DNA of 64,000 bases from a virus (Duplodnaviria > Caudoviricetes), in the IMG/VR virus record IMGVR_UViG_3300022719_000071, positions 296,470-360,469 of that record; one strand, written 5' to 3'. The notes beneath the pieces are model-generated. The model did not search any database. It worked only from the letters and a program-made list of their open reading frames with translations, and was not told the origin of the DNA. Each line of letters begins with the position of its first letter. Position 1 is the first letter of the stretch. The position numbers and the translations under genes were made by a program. This document shows positions 28,095 through 37,451 of this stretch, in pieces.

Positions 28095-28597
28095 ATGTCA
28101 ACGTGCTAGACGATGGTAATACATTAATGGCTGATCCTACTTCATATGTACCAACCTTTACATTCTCACCACGGGATCCGTCGATAGATGATATTGTTTT
28201 CAATAACGGTAATCAGGAAATAGCACGGATCGAGCACAAGGATTACAAGCCAACCAGAATCATCCTGAATGAAGAGGTTTGTGCTAATACGACAATTCAA
28301 AGCCAGCAAGCCATTGACGTGAAAGCTGAAAAAATACCTGGTGGATACAAGATTATCAAGAAGATGCGCCGTTGGATTCCACAGGACGTGGACGTGGAGG
28401 AAGAATTCTGCCAAGGTCCACAAAATACCATCACTGAGTTCCACCAGTGGGTTGTAAATCTTAACAATGATGACCTGGAAGCTGCAATCCAGGTCTACTA
28501 TGATCGATGGAACTTCGAGAATGGTGACACAATGGATCATATGAGATATTTGATGCTGGTTGAGGAAAGGGAGTTTCGTGGTCGTGTCCGAAAATGA
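28064..28597 (+). CDS. YDxW-domain paralog 1
   Basis: WVVNLNNDDLEAAIQVYYDRWNFENG. Confidence 0.7.
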   Translation: MANGKNKTVLDVNVLDDGNTLMADPTSYVPTFTFSPRDPSIDDIVFNNGNQEIARIEHKDYKPTRIILNEEVCANTTIQSQQAIDVKAEKIPGGYKIIKKMRRWIPQDVDVEEEFCQGPQNTITEFHQWVVNLNNDDLEAAIQVYYDRWNFENGDTMDHMRYLMLVEEREFRGRVRK

Positions 28598-29099
28598 AAC
28601 AATCTACGGCGATGTCCTCCGTGATCACATTACTGATTTTGATACGGAACACCTGAAGAAGCTTGCTGTGATGTTCTATGATCGTTGGGCCTGGGAAACC
28701 GGACATCCAACAGATCGTAAGCTGATTGACACCATTGATGAAGAACTACGAAATCGTGGTGATACTTCTCCGGTGATATCGAATGGTGCTACTGGTGAAC
28801 TCATGTTCACCGCTGAGAAGATCACTATATGTCATCCATTGAATGGTCTAAATCAAGAGCTATTCTCCACTGAGTTTGGAGAGCTTGAGATTGGCGATGC
28901 TGCCAAGAGAGCTATGATTAGGGCAATCATGACCGACCTAGAGTTAGAGCATAGCGGAGTCTTTCATAACGGCAAAACTCTGAAGCAGTTGATTACCTAC
29001 ATAGTTAATCAAGCATTGAGTGTCAATATGGAGCACAGGATTAGTAATTTAGAGTTGAAAGTCGATGGCTTGGAGAAAAAGAATGAAAACCGGGATTAA
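28584..29099 (+). CDS. YDxW-domain paralog 2 (domain N-terminal; start uncertain)
   Basis: LKKLAVMFYDRWAWETG. Confidence 0.6.
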   Translation: MSENETIYGDVLRDHITDFDTEHLKKLAVMFYDRWAWETGHPTDRKLIDTIDEELRNRGDTSPVISNGATGELMFTAEKITICHPLNGLNQELFSTEFGELEIGDAAKRAMIRAIMTDLELEHSGVFHNGKTLKQLITYIVNQALSVNMEHRISNLELKVDGLEKKNENRD

Positions 29100-29619
29100 G
29101 CTCATCGATGATTTGGTAGGAGGTATTTCTCCGGATAACAAGGAACGGGTGAAAATCAGCTTGGCCCGTCTATTCCAAGATGATGCCGAGTTATATACCA
29201 CGGCTGATATTGTCCTGGAAGATGGCACGCATGTTGCTAGTGCGAAGAGAGATATTGACCCTAACGACTTTAGTCCCCGTCTTCGTATCATGGTTCCAGT
29301 AGAACATTATTCCAAGATTGAAGTGGTATGTGATGGAAATGCGCTCGATATCCACACCGAAACGATGCCTGACGGTAGATACCGAATGAAGAGGAAGCTC
29401 AGGGGATATACCCCAGCCATCACTGAAGATGAGCAGACTGTTGAAGTCAAAGAGTTCGATTCCACAAAAGCCTTTATGGAGTGGATCGAGAAACTTCCCA
29501 AAGACATGGTGGAAGCGTATCGACAAATATACTATGACAGGTGGAACTTCGGCAACGGTAATCAAAAAGACAGAATTTACTATGAGCTATTGGATGAAGA
29601 GTACAAAGGCCGAGAATAA
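29083..29619 (+). CDS. YDxW-domain paralog 3
   Basis: WIEKLPKDMVEAYRQIYYDRWNFGNG. Confidence 0.7.
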   Translation: MKTGIKLIDDLVGGISPDNKERVKISLARLFQDDAELYTTADIVLEDGTHVASAKRDIDPNDFSPRLRIMVPVEHYSKIEVVCDGNALDIHTETMPDGRYRMKRKLRGYTPAITEDEQTVEVKEFDSTKAFMEWIEKLPKDMVEAYRQIYYDRWNFGNGNQKDRIYYELLDEEYKGRE

Positions 29620-29621
29620 CA

Positions 29622-29960
29622 ATGACCATCAAGGTCTTAGAGTATGAAGGTTTATACACAGCATATCGTCTCATCATACGCCGAGGAGACGATGGGAGAC
29701 TCTTTGAATCCGTAAAACAGGTAGACATTCCGTTTCCACCAGTTGAAGGCAACTGGACTGGATGGGCCGAAAAGCTCGATCAAGACCAACTCGAAGTAGC
29801 TCTTCAAGTATACTTTGATAAGTGGAACTTCGGTAGCGGCAGCGATGGAGAACAGGTCATCTATATGGTCCTGTGTGATGAGCAAGAGAAGCGCCGTATA
29901 CTCGGTGACAAGACTGATGAAATTATCAAGCCACGCAAAAAGCAACATAAGAAGACATGA
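29622..29960 (+). CDS. YDxW-domain paralog 4
   Basis: WAEKLDQDQLEVALQVYFDKWNFGSG. Confidence 0.7.
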   Translation: MTIKVLEYEGLYTAYRLIIRRGDDGRLFESVKQVDIPFPPVEGNWTGWAEKLDQDQLEVALQVYFDKWNFGSGSDGEQVIYMVLCDEQEKRRILGDKTDEIIKPRKKQHKKT

Positions 29961-30280
29961 CATATTCCCCGGGTGATGTGACAGTAGAACACACGGCTGT
30001 AGAAGGCTGTTATGTATCATACCAAAAAATCGGTAAAGAACGTATTCCAATAAATGTAAGTTTTCCTGAAGAAAACGAGACAGCTCTTCATTGGGTTATG
30101 GAATTGGGAGATAGTGAACTGGAAGCTGCTATTCAAATATGCTATGATGCTTGGAATTTTCAAGAAAGTATGCCACGCTGTCGGGAGTTATTTGAGGCTG
30201 CGATCTACGAGAGGGACCGTAGGTCTCTCCATCCCATTTTACGTATGCACCGGGGGTATTCCTTGGTTCTCTTCGAGTAG
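29957..30280 (+). CDS. YDxW-domain paralog 5
   Basis: WVMELGDSELEAAIQICYDAWNFQES. Confidence 0.7.
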   Translation: MTYSPGDVTVEHTAVEGCYVSYQKIGKERIPINVSFPEENETALHWVMELGDSELEAAIQICYDAWNFQESMPRCRELFEAAIYERDRRSLHPILRMHRGYSLVLFE

Positions 30281-30295
30281 AAGATGATAGAATGA

Positions 30296-30757
30296 TTGCC
30301 GATGGAAGCATATCTCACCGGATATCGAATGATGGTCTTTGCAATGCTGAATGATCCAGAGAAAATTGCGTTTAAGATACTTGAGAGAGTTATCAGTCAT
30401 GATTGCGTGACCCAAACCCTCATGGATGATTCTTTTGGCGATGTCCACGTGGAGCATATCGAAGGCATGGTCTATCGTGCTTGGGTTGAAACAAAGAACG
30501 GAGCTAGAGAAGTACACGTTCCCAGGTATCGTGATAAGCCAAACAATATGCCTATTGCGAAATGGGCAAACAAGATGTCCTTCGAGGAGTTGGAAGTTGC
30601 TACCCAAGTGTACTATGATATCTGGAATTTTCAAGATGGTGCACCATTGTACAGAGAAATGCACGAAGCTTTCGATGATGCATTGAAACGTAAGCGTAGG
30701 GGGGAATATTGGTCAGATGAGACTGGTAACGGACACCATGTTGCTTCAAGTTTTTGA
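30296..30757 (+). CDS. YDxW-domain paralog 6
   Basis: WANKMSFEELEVATQVYYDIWNFQDG. Confidence 0.7.
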   Translation: MPMEAYLTGYRMMVFAMLNDPEKIAFKILERVISHDCVTQTLMDDSFGDVHVEHIEGMVYRAWVETKNGAREVHVPRYRDKPNNMPIAKWANKMSFEELEVATQVYYDIWNFQDGAPLYREMHEAFDDALKRKRRGEYWSDETGNGHHVASSF

Positions 30758-31185
30758 TGGTAAACGTTGGGTGGATATGGATGTGCCTCATACTGCTGGT
30801 ATTGGTAACGATGGTACACCACACGTAGAATTTGAATTGGAGAAAAGTACGCTACAGGTGGTCCCAGAAGGATTCTGTTTTAGATATGACGGACATCATC
30901 TTAAAAAAGATTGACGGGAAGACCCGTGCTTTCAAAGAAAAGCGTGAAATACCCATCCCTCAAGACCCCAAAGGGTCGGTATGTTTGAGTATTTGGTGCT
31001 CTACCATGAACAATGAAGTGGTGGAGGCAGCCAAAATTTTCTACTATGATCGATGGTTATGGGAGTCCGGTAATCCCCGAGATGAAGAGTTAGCAAATTT
31101 TCTTGACAAAGTAGATGCATGGCGCAAACACATGCGATTGCATCCAGAAGAGGACCAGGGCAGAGAAATCCTGAATTTCCTGTAG
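30738..31185 (+). pseudogene. YDxW-domain paralog 7, apparently split by a frameshift at the A6 run 30903-08 (ORFs 30738-30914 and 30886-31185)
   Basis: Removing one A fuses ...GHHLK to KIDGKTRAF...WCSTMNNEVVEAAKIFYYDRWLWESG. Confidence 0.5.
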
Positions 31186-31203
31186 ATCTAATCAATGACG
31201 CAT

Positions 31204-31247
31204 AACTCCTGGTCGTCGGTAAATAGAAATATAACCGACTTGGAGTT
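31204..31247 (+). promoter_or_regulatory. Late-type TAAATA promoter inside an RBS-sequestering hairpin
   Basis: AACTCC/GGAGTT and GTCGGT/ACCGAC stems around TAAATA (31220-25). Confidence 0.65.
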
Positions 31248-31252
31248 AAGAC

Positions 31253-33430
31253 ATGTCATCTTTCAAGCATTTAGTTGATTCCGTGATGAAACACGGCGAT
31301 ACCGTCATTGGCGAAAAGTCCCCACCTGGATTCAAGGGGACCGTTAAGGGCATGAAGGATGAGGGAGATATCGACAATCCGTATGCCTTGGCATGGTGGA
31401 TGAAGAACAAGGGTTACAAGAGCCACAAGAAGTCTTCTGGTGCCAACAAGAATGAGTCCATTCGTGTGTGGCATCCCACTCATGGTCAAGGCGTTGTGAA
31501 AGAGATTTCCGAATCCTATATCAACATCTCCTGGGACAATCTACAGAATCGTATGACTGCGCCGACTGTTCTTCCTTTCTCAGACGCTAAATACCTCACG
31601 TTTGTTCATGAAGAATACTCCAACAATCCATCTGACGTTGATTACGACGATGATAAGGATGCTGGAGAAAAGAAGCGTAAGCACAAGAAGAGAAAGCGCA
31701 TGAAGGAAAGCAAGAAGAAGCTTGATGAAGGCATGGTAGCAATCGGCATGGCTGGTATTGGTGGTACGCACCGCTCAAGCATAGCGGACGATTTAGATCT
31801 GGGCCATCTGACTCTAGCAGACCTAATGCTAGAGGAAGAAGACAACGAAGATAGCGATGACCGTGATAGCAAGCCAGATTGGGATCGTGGTAAGCGTTCG
31901 CATGACTCTTCTGATAAAAGTGAACTACGCAAGTCTTCAGATAAGGGTTCCGACTATGTGAACGTTCCACGTCCAGCAGACTCGGTTCTGACCAATCAGG
32001 AAGACCAGCCAAAGTATCATCCTGAGCCTTTGTCAACCATGGCTGGATATGATGAAGCTCACGACGAGATGGAGCCTGATGGTGATTACGGAGAAGACCT
32101 ACTTCCTGTTGATGCACCAGAAGTTCCCAAGGTTCGTGACATGGAAGATTCCGGTACAAGACACAACACACGTAAGTCTGGTGAGGGTGAAGACACTAAC
32201 GAGGCTGACGACAAGAACATCGATTTAGAGGGCGACAAGCCTGAAGATGAGGACAATCAAATGAAGAAGTACGAAAGCAAAAATTTCGACCTGGATGCAT
32301 CTGATCTCGGGCTTACTGAAATGGAGCATGGCGAAAGCATGAGCGGTTATGGCGAAGGCGAAGGCGAAGGATACATGGATATGCGAGAGCATGAGATGGG
32401 TGCTGGTGAGATCGCATTCACTAAGGAGTTTCTAGGAAAGCTATGTTCCGCATTGTCATCGCAGTCCCCAGACGACGACAAGTGCAAGGCACTATGTGAC
32501 GGTCTCGCTGCTGCTCAGCAGGAAAAGGGTGACATGGCTCTAGACGTAGCCGATTGGGATAACGTCAAGGCTAAGGCTGCCGAGGCATACAGCAATGGTT
32601 ACGATGGCATGGAAGGCAAGGACTACGCTGAAGAAGGCATGAAAGGCGATGACTATGACTATGATGAAGAAGGCATGAAAGGCGACGACTATGACTATGA
32701 TGAAGAAGGCATGAAAGGCGACGACTACGACAACTATGACGACTATGATTATGACTATGATGAGGATCGTGCCGAGGGTGATGGCGAAAAAGCTGGATCC
32801 GAAGGTGGCAAGGAGCACGAAGGCAAGATCAAGATGATGGACCGCAAAAGTGGTTCCAGATATCATGATAAGGGCCGTGAAGATCCAAATCGTGGCAAGG
32901 AAACTCGCATGCGCCAGCGTCGTGACAAGCGTCGTGACAAGCAGGCAGGCAAGTACGCTATGGAAGATGGCTCCGGTACTCCAGTTGGATCTGGTAGCAC
33001 GTCTGGCCCAGGTGGCGGCAGTACTAAGGATCTAAGCAAGCCTAAGAACTACAAGGGCACTGCTGTTGGTACTCAGACTGGTTCCGGTCCTGGTGGCGGA
33101 AGCACTTCAAACGATGGCCAGAAGCCAACGAAGGATGGTGGAAGCAACCTAGTTCCTGCCAACGATAAGGGTAATCAGCTTGGTGCGGCAGAGAATCCAT
33201 TCTCCAAGGGTAAGCCAAACCCACGCAACCAGAAGGCTCTAGCTGCTGAAGCTCGCAAGCGCAAATCCAGTAAAAAGAAGCTGGATGAGGCAATCATGCT
33301 TGGTATGAGTTCCATTCCACACATCGGTGGCGGTGGACGTGATGCCAAGATTCCAGATGATGCCTTCGATGACGACGATGAGTTGAAGATGATCAAGCGT
33401 CGTGCTGGTATGGACAACTGGTGGAAGTAA
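31253..33430 (+). CDS. Acidic low-complexity probable prohead core / internal head protein
   Basis: Repeated KKLDE|G and KKLDE|A sites, Asp/Glu-rich, C-terminal LKMIKRRAGM; late promoter. Confidence 0.6.
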   Translation: MSSFKHLVDSVMKHGDTVIGEKSPPGFKGTVKGMKDEGDIDNPYALAWWMKNKGYKSHKKSSGANKNESIRVWHPTHGQGVVKEISESYINISWDNLQNRMTAPTVLPFSDAKYLTFVHEEYSNNPSDVDYDDDKDAGEKKRKHKKRKRMKESKKKLDEGMVAIGMAGIGGTHRSSIADDLDLGHLTLADLMLEEEDNEDSDDRDSKPDWDRGKRSHDSSDKSELRKSSDKGSDYVNVPRPADSVLTNQEDQPKYHPEPLSTMAGYDEAHDEMEPDGDYGEDLLPVDAPEVPKVRDMEDSGTRHNTRKSGEGEDTNEADDKNIDLEGDKPEDEDNQMKKYESKNFDLDASDLGLTEMEHGESMSGYGEGEGEGYMDMREHEMGAGEIAFTKEFLGKLCSALSSQSPDDDKCKALCDGLAAAQQEKGDMALDVADWDNVKAKAAEAYSNGYDGMEGKDYAEEGMKGDDYDYDEEGMKGDDYDYDEEGMKGDDYDNYDDYDYDYDEDRAEGDGEKAGSEGGKEHEGKIKMMDRKSGSRYHDKGREDPNRGKETRMRQRRDKRRDKQAGKYAMEDGSGTPVGSGSTSGPGGGSTKDLSKPKNYKGTAVGTQTGSGPGGGSTSNDGQKPTKDGGSNLVPANDKGNQLGAAENPFSKGKPNPRNQKALAAEARKRKSSKKKLDEAIMLGMSSIPHIGGGGRDAKIPDDAFDDDDELKMIKRRAGMDNWWK
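32630..32763 (+). repeat. In-frame 36-bp tandem repeat (EEGMKGDDYDYD x~3) decaying into DY dipeptides
   Basis: GAAGAAGGCATGAAAGGCGAYGACTATGACTATGAT units. Confidence 0.9.
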
Positions 33431-33458
33431 CACTATATTCAGCTTAGGCTGAAAGCAG

Positions 33459-33487
33459 AAAGGGGGCCGATGGCCCTCTTTCTTTTT
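33459..33487 (+). terminator. Intrinsic terminator
   Basis: AAAGGGGGCC-GAT-GGCCCTCTTT followed by T-rich tail. Confidence 0.75.
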
Positions 33488-33497
33488 GGAGACCTGA

Positions 33498-34157
33498 ATG
33501 TTACCTAATCAAGTTCGTGAAATCATCGGTGAGCCACCATACATGACGGTAAGCGATGCTGAGCTTATTTTCAAGCTGATGAACAATGCTAATCCCAAGC
33601 CACGCTCTGTACTTGAGTTAGGCTTCATGTGTGGCACTAGCACATGCTATTACGCTGGCATGATGGAAGAGCTTGGTGGAGAAGTAACATCAATCGATGT
33701 TGAAGAGTCCGCAGAATATGATCCACTGTCGGAAGACCAACTGGGAAAGATTGGTCTGCGTGACAAGGTAACCATCTACCGAGAGCCCCGTTGCTATACT
33801 TGGAGGCTGATGAAGTTCCTACGCAAGCCTATTCGTCCAGTGTTCGATTGGGTGCACATCGACGGAGCACATAAATGGACCGAGGATACTGCTGCTGTTT
33901 CTCTGGTTGAAAAGCTAATGCCGATTGGTGGATACCTGCTGGTTGATAACATCAATTTCTCGTTTGGCAACTCCGCTCGAAACCCAAAACGCATCGCTCG
34001 TTGTGCTGCCAAGTACACGGAAGAAGAGATGATGACTCAACAGATGCGAGCGGTGTGGGAGCTAGTCGTCCAGGAACATCCTAACTTCGGTGAGTTCAAA
34101 GAGTATGACGTTCAGGATGGTTGGGGATACGGTATAGCCAAGAAGGTTAGCCAGTAA
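33498..34157 (+). CDS. Class I SAM-dependent methyltransferase (Methyltransf_24-like)
   Basis: VLELGFMCGTS, SIDV, FDWVHIDGAH, GGYLLVDN. Confidence 0.85.
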   Translation: MLPNQVREIIGEPPYMTVSDAELIFKLMNNANPKPRSVLELGFMCGTSTCYYAGMMEELGGEVTSIDVEESAEYDPLSEDQLGKIGLRDKVTIYREPRCYTWRLMKFLRKPIRPVFDWVHIDGAHKWTEDTAAVSLVEKLMPIGGYLLVDNINFSFGNSARNPKRIARCAAKYTEEEMMTQQMRAVWELVVQEHPNFGEFKEYDVQDGWGYGIAKKVSQ

Positions 34158-34382
34158 TCACCAACCCATGTCCTCTTCCTTGCCTTCATAGTACCCTCGT
34201 CTATAGGCAACATTCATACAGTTCCAGCAAGGATGAAACTCCAGTACGATACCTTTCTAGGGCACTTCCTGGATGTTCACACACAGTTCTTCGCCGCATG
34301 AGCATACCATGATAAACTTGGTAGCTATGTCGTCTTCTGTATCCAGGATCAGCGAGTTACCGAGAACTCTGTCAGAAGCCAT
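34158..34382 (-). pseudogene. Small Cys-rich (CxC...CxxC) gene interrupted by an in-frame TAG
   Basis: MASD...VCSCGEEL...EVP*KGIVLEFHPCWNCMNVAYRRGYYEG...GW-stop; TAG at 34257-59. Confidence 0.55.
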
Positions 34383-34857
34383 CTCTGATTGTTCGTCCTG
34401 GAAGGTAGCAGAAAAGGAACTGTCTCTTCCAAAGCTCGTTGGCATCGGTGAATTGAAATTCACCGTCAGCACGAGACGAGTTGCGGCGGTACACGTCATT
34501 GACCATGCGGACCACATCAACGTAGATATGGTGCTTAGGCTTCTCTCTCTCATATTTTTCTCTCAGAAAATCCAACTGTTCTTCCAGGGAAATCCCTTCG
34601 TCACGGTCTTCCATTGTCGTAACAGCAAGTTTGGCTTTTAGATTACAGACAGATATCCTCTTATCATCCTTGAAATGCTCCAAGAATTTCGCACGTATTT
34701 TGGGATTGGACAGGTCGAAAGATTGCTTCTTTAGAACATTGCCCTCTTTGAGATGGAAGGTGATTGGTGCCGCTCCTGAATTAGTCGCAACCAACATCAG
34801 GAGAACCATGAGCATGTAACAGGAGCGGCACCAATCTTTCATTGCACTGAACCTCAT
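34372..34857 (-). CDS. Hypothetical protein with N-terminal hydrophobic segment
   Basis: Packed behind DUF932 gene; overlaps the next start. Confidence 0.55.
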   Translation of the reverse strand: MRFSAMKDWCRSCYMLMVLLMLVATNSGAAPITFHLKEGNVLKKQSFDLSNPKIRAKFLEHFKDDKRISVCNLKAKLAVTTMEDRDEGISLEEQLDFLREKYEREKPKHHIYVDVVRMVNDVYRRNSSRADGEFQFTDANELWKRQFLFCYLPGRTIRDGF

Positions 34858-34870
34858 TTGTACTTACAGA

Positions 34871-36019
34871 TTACTCCTTTTTGCCAAGCGCATGAGCCAT
34901 GACTTCGGCAACCTGGAGGGCGCTCTGCTTGCGTTCCCGGTTCTTGCCCAGCCAGGACGACTGAATGCGGGTGTCGTCGTTGTGACCGAAGGCGTGGTCG
35001 AAGGCGTGCACCACGGTGTTGTAGTAGCCCCAGGCAGTCCCACGGCACGAGGACAGGTCCGAGCCAGGGTAATCGTCCACGAGGTCAGCAGCACGCTTCA
35101 CAACACGGTTGGCGTCGGAGGCGTTGGACAGTTCGTTCAGCGACTTGGGCAGCGGCATCTTGTCCAGCTTGCGCTTGGCGATGAGTTCCGGGTTGAAGAC
35201 CTGGACCAGATAGTGAACGCCAGCAGCCTCATCGAACGTGGTACTCGCCAGAAAGCTTGCCTTCTGCTGGAACTCATCTAGAGCTTTCTCTGCCACGCCA
35301 AGAAGCTCCTTGATCTCCTGGATGCGGTCTTCGTTGAAGTAGCGAGCGTGCGACATGGTATACGTTGCCTTGCCGCCGACACCCTTCAGGCTGATGTTTT
35401 GCACCAGGGTGTGACCGCCAGGATAGCGAACCGGAGTGAACAGTGCCTTGAGAGCGTGTCCGTAGGCGTGCGACTGAAGCAACAGGAAGTAGCCCCGAAT
35501 GACTTCACCGTTGGCAAGCTCGAAGCCCTTGCCAATGTTGGCCATGCCCCAGATGTGCTCTCCACCGCTCAGAGAGCCAGCGGTCTCCATGGTCATGCCT
35601 CCCGCCTGCACGAATTCCTGGAAGACCTCGAAGGCATCGGTGTTCTGGACGGGCTTGTAGCGGTCGCCCATGTAGGGGCTGAGCACACGAAGGTCGGTGG
35701 AGCGCACGAGACCATATGACTTGGGGTTCGGAACCCGCACGATGATCTTACCGCTATCCTCAATGTACTGCGTCTCGTAAAGGTGGGGAAGAACGACACG
35801 AATCTGCTCGAACTCCTCCACAGTCATCTCGACTTCGATGACGCTGCGAGCCTTGATGACGCTCCAGTCGAGGCCAGCCGCATCCAGAATTCCGGGAACG
35901 TCAGAACCAGAGGGAATCTTGTTGCCCAGCTTCTCCCACGGGGTTCCGACGAGGGAATCGTGCTCTACCTGAGCCATCGTTTCCACTCGATTCGGATCTA
36001 CTAGTGTTGCTACTGTCAT
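34871..36019 (-). CDS. DUF932 family (phage/plasmid TIGR03299-like) protein
   Basis: AGLDWSV, RYKPVQN..AF, ETAGSLSGG..IW, GTAWGYYNTV. Confidence 0.8.
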   Translation of the reverse strand: MTVATLVDPNRVETMAQVEHDSLVGTPWEKLGNKIPSGSDVPGILDAAGLDWSVIKARSVIEVEMTVEEFEQIRVVLPHLYETQYIEDSGKIIVRVPNPKSYGLVRSTDLRVLSPYMGDRYKPVQNTDAFEVFQEFVQAGGMTMETAGSLSGGEHIWGMANIGKGFELANGEVIRGYFLLLQSHAYGHALKALFTPVRYPGGHTLVQNISLKGVGGKATYTMSHARYFNEDRIQEIKELLGVAEKALDEFQQKASFLASTTFDEAAGVHYLVQVFNPELIAKRKLDKMPLPKSLNELSNASDANRVVKRAADLVDDYPGSDLSSCRGTAWGYYNTVVHAFDHAFGHNDDTRIQSSWLGKNRERKQSALQVAEVMAHALGKKE

Positions 36020-36035
36020 TGTGTGTCTCCTTTCC

Positions 36036-36557
36036 TTATCGAATTTGGTTCATTTGGTTGCTGCGGAAGATGAATGTGCGGCTGACAGACTTCTGCCCGC
36101 CATCGTAAAGGTACAGAAGGATCTGCACGTTGATCGTTGCAAATCCTCCGTTGTCCATGCGAAGATGCATATTGTATCGGCCATCCAAACCAGGAAGCTC
36201 TGCTATCATGACGTTATCGTTCTTGGGAGGAGAGCCGATTTCGTCTTCGTCACCGGGGGTCAGAAGATCATCCATTTTGCCGTCATTGTCCACGGCGATG
36301 CCAGTGATAGAAAGCTGAATGCTCTCGAATGCAAGAGCACCAGGGTGTTTGATGTTGGTCGTCCTACGAACATCCGTGACCATGCGATAGCTAATGTGGT
36401 TCTCGGGTGCCTCACCGCCCAGGCGACGAAACGATGAGCTTTCCACAACGAACTCGATGCTGGTTTGACCGTAGGTCCACTCGATGATTTGAGCGACTGC
36501 ACGGTTGAGTTTTGTTGGTCGAATTTCCATCGTTCTACGGTACTCTGTTTTCCTCAC
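36036..36557 (-). CDS. Hypothetical protein
   Basis: 173-aa ORF in minus-strand operon. Confidence 0.55.
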   Translation of the reverse strand: MRKTEYRRTMEIRPTKLNRAVAQIIEWTYGQTSIEFVVESSSFRRLGGEAPENHISYRMVTDVRRTTNIKHPGALAFESIQLSITGIAVDNDGKMDDLLTPGDEDEIGSPPKNDNVMIAELPGLDGRYNMHLRMDNGGFATINVQILLYLYDGGQKSVSRTFIFRSNQMNQIR

Positions 36558-36569
36558 GAAGTCAAGGGT

Positions 36570-36713
36570 TTACGGACATGCTGGAGAAAACAGGATTTCT
36601 ACGGTAGTGTTGCAGTACCAGGGCTTATCGAAATCGCTGAATATAGCATGCCCGATAGCCAGTATCAGGATGATTGCGAGGAATAAGAATACTGCTAACA
36701 AATCCGAACGCAT
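36570..36713 (-). CDS. Small single-pass membrane protein (below ORF-track cutoff)
   Basis: MRSDLLAVFLFLAIILILAIGHAIFSDFDKPWYCNTTVEILFSPACP fills the intergenic gap. Confidence 0.45.
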   Translation of the reverse strand: MRSDLLAVFLFLAIILILAIGHAIFSDFDKPWYCNTTVEILFSPACP

Positions 36714-36765
36714 GAGACTGTCTCCAGTTTGCATGAAGACATTATGACGGTCGTAACGAAAAAAG

Positions 36766-37032
36766 TCAAGAGTCTAGCAAATTCCTGACGTATTCTCTGT
36801 GTTCTTCGTCACAATACACGAAAACGTCAATTACACCATTCTCTGTGTAGCAGTTGACTTTAATTCCTGCGTCCACGAATCTTTGGAATTTGAGATGTCC
36901 AGGGGAATATTTGGTGCGAGCGTTGTTGGTAGCCCCCAGCTTGACGCCAGTAACCCTGTCATCGCTCTCAAGCCTCCTGAGCCGTCTATTAGCCTTGGGG
37001 CATGCGCTGGTGTGTCTTCCACGTTTGCTCAT
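36766..37032 (-). CDS. Hypothetical basic protein (weak DUF2103-like resemblance)
   Basis: HTSACP...RVTGVKLG...GIKVNCYTENGVIDVFV. Confidence 0.5.
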   Translation of the reverse strand: MSKRGRHTSACPKANRRLRRLESDDRVTGVKLGATNNARTKYSPGHLKFQRFVDAGIKVNCYTENGVIDVFVYCDEEHREYVRNLLDS

Positions 37033-37328
37033 GGCAGCCTCAATCTGATGAACTCTGAGCGGACGTACAGCGGACCATCCGCTATACTTACCACGCTGCT
37101 AATCTCGGTCACCACCGGTATATCAAATTCTTGGTAAGAAGTAAACTGAGATTCAGTCAGCTTGATGTATCGTGAGGGATGGATTACAACTTCGTCATCC
37201 CGCCCCTTCAGACAGAATGTGTACAAAGTGCCCTCCACATAGGAATGGCAGAAAAGGCAGACAACTTCGTTATTTATTTCTATTGCATAATATTCATACA
37301 CGATCTTTATTCCAATTTTCCTCATCAA
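37029..37328 (-). CDS. Hypothetical protein
   Basis: Overlapping operon ORF. Confidence 0.5.
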   Translation of the reverse strand: MMRKIGIKIVYEYYAIEINNEVVCLFCHSYVEGTLYTFCLKGRDDEVVIHPSRYIKLTESQFTSYQEFDIPVVTEISSVVSIADGPLYVRSEFIRLRLP

Positions 37329-37451
37329 AAAGTGTGGTCTCGGTTCTGCTTAGTTTTGGTGTGTAATAGTCGTACACTTTTTAAATACCTATGCCAGTGG
37401 GGGCAGTGCTGCCCCGCACTGCCTCCCCTTTATCTAGGAGGCTATAAGAAT

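Noticed and set aside
32630-32763. CRISPR-like 36-bp repeats
   Set aside because: No spacers; in-frame coding repeat. The 46-bp repeat at 25924 also lacks a spacer
37390-37420. GC hairpin in the phoH leader as a riboregulator
   Set aside because: Single hairpin, does not cover the RBS, no second copy or known motif
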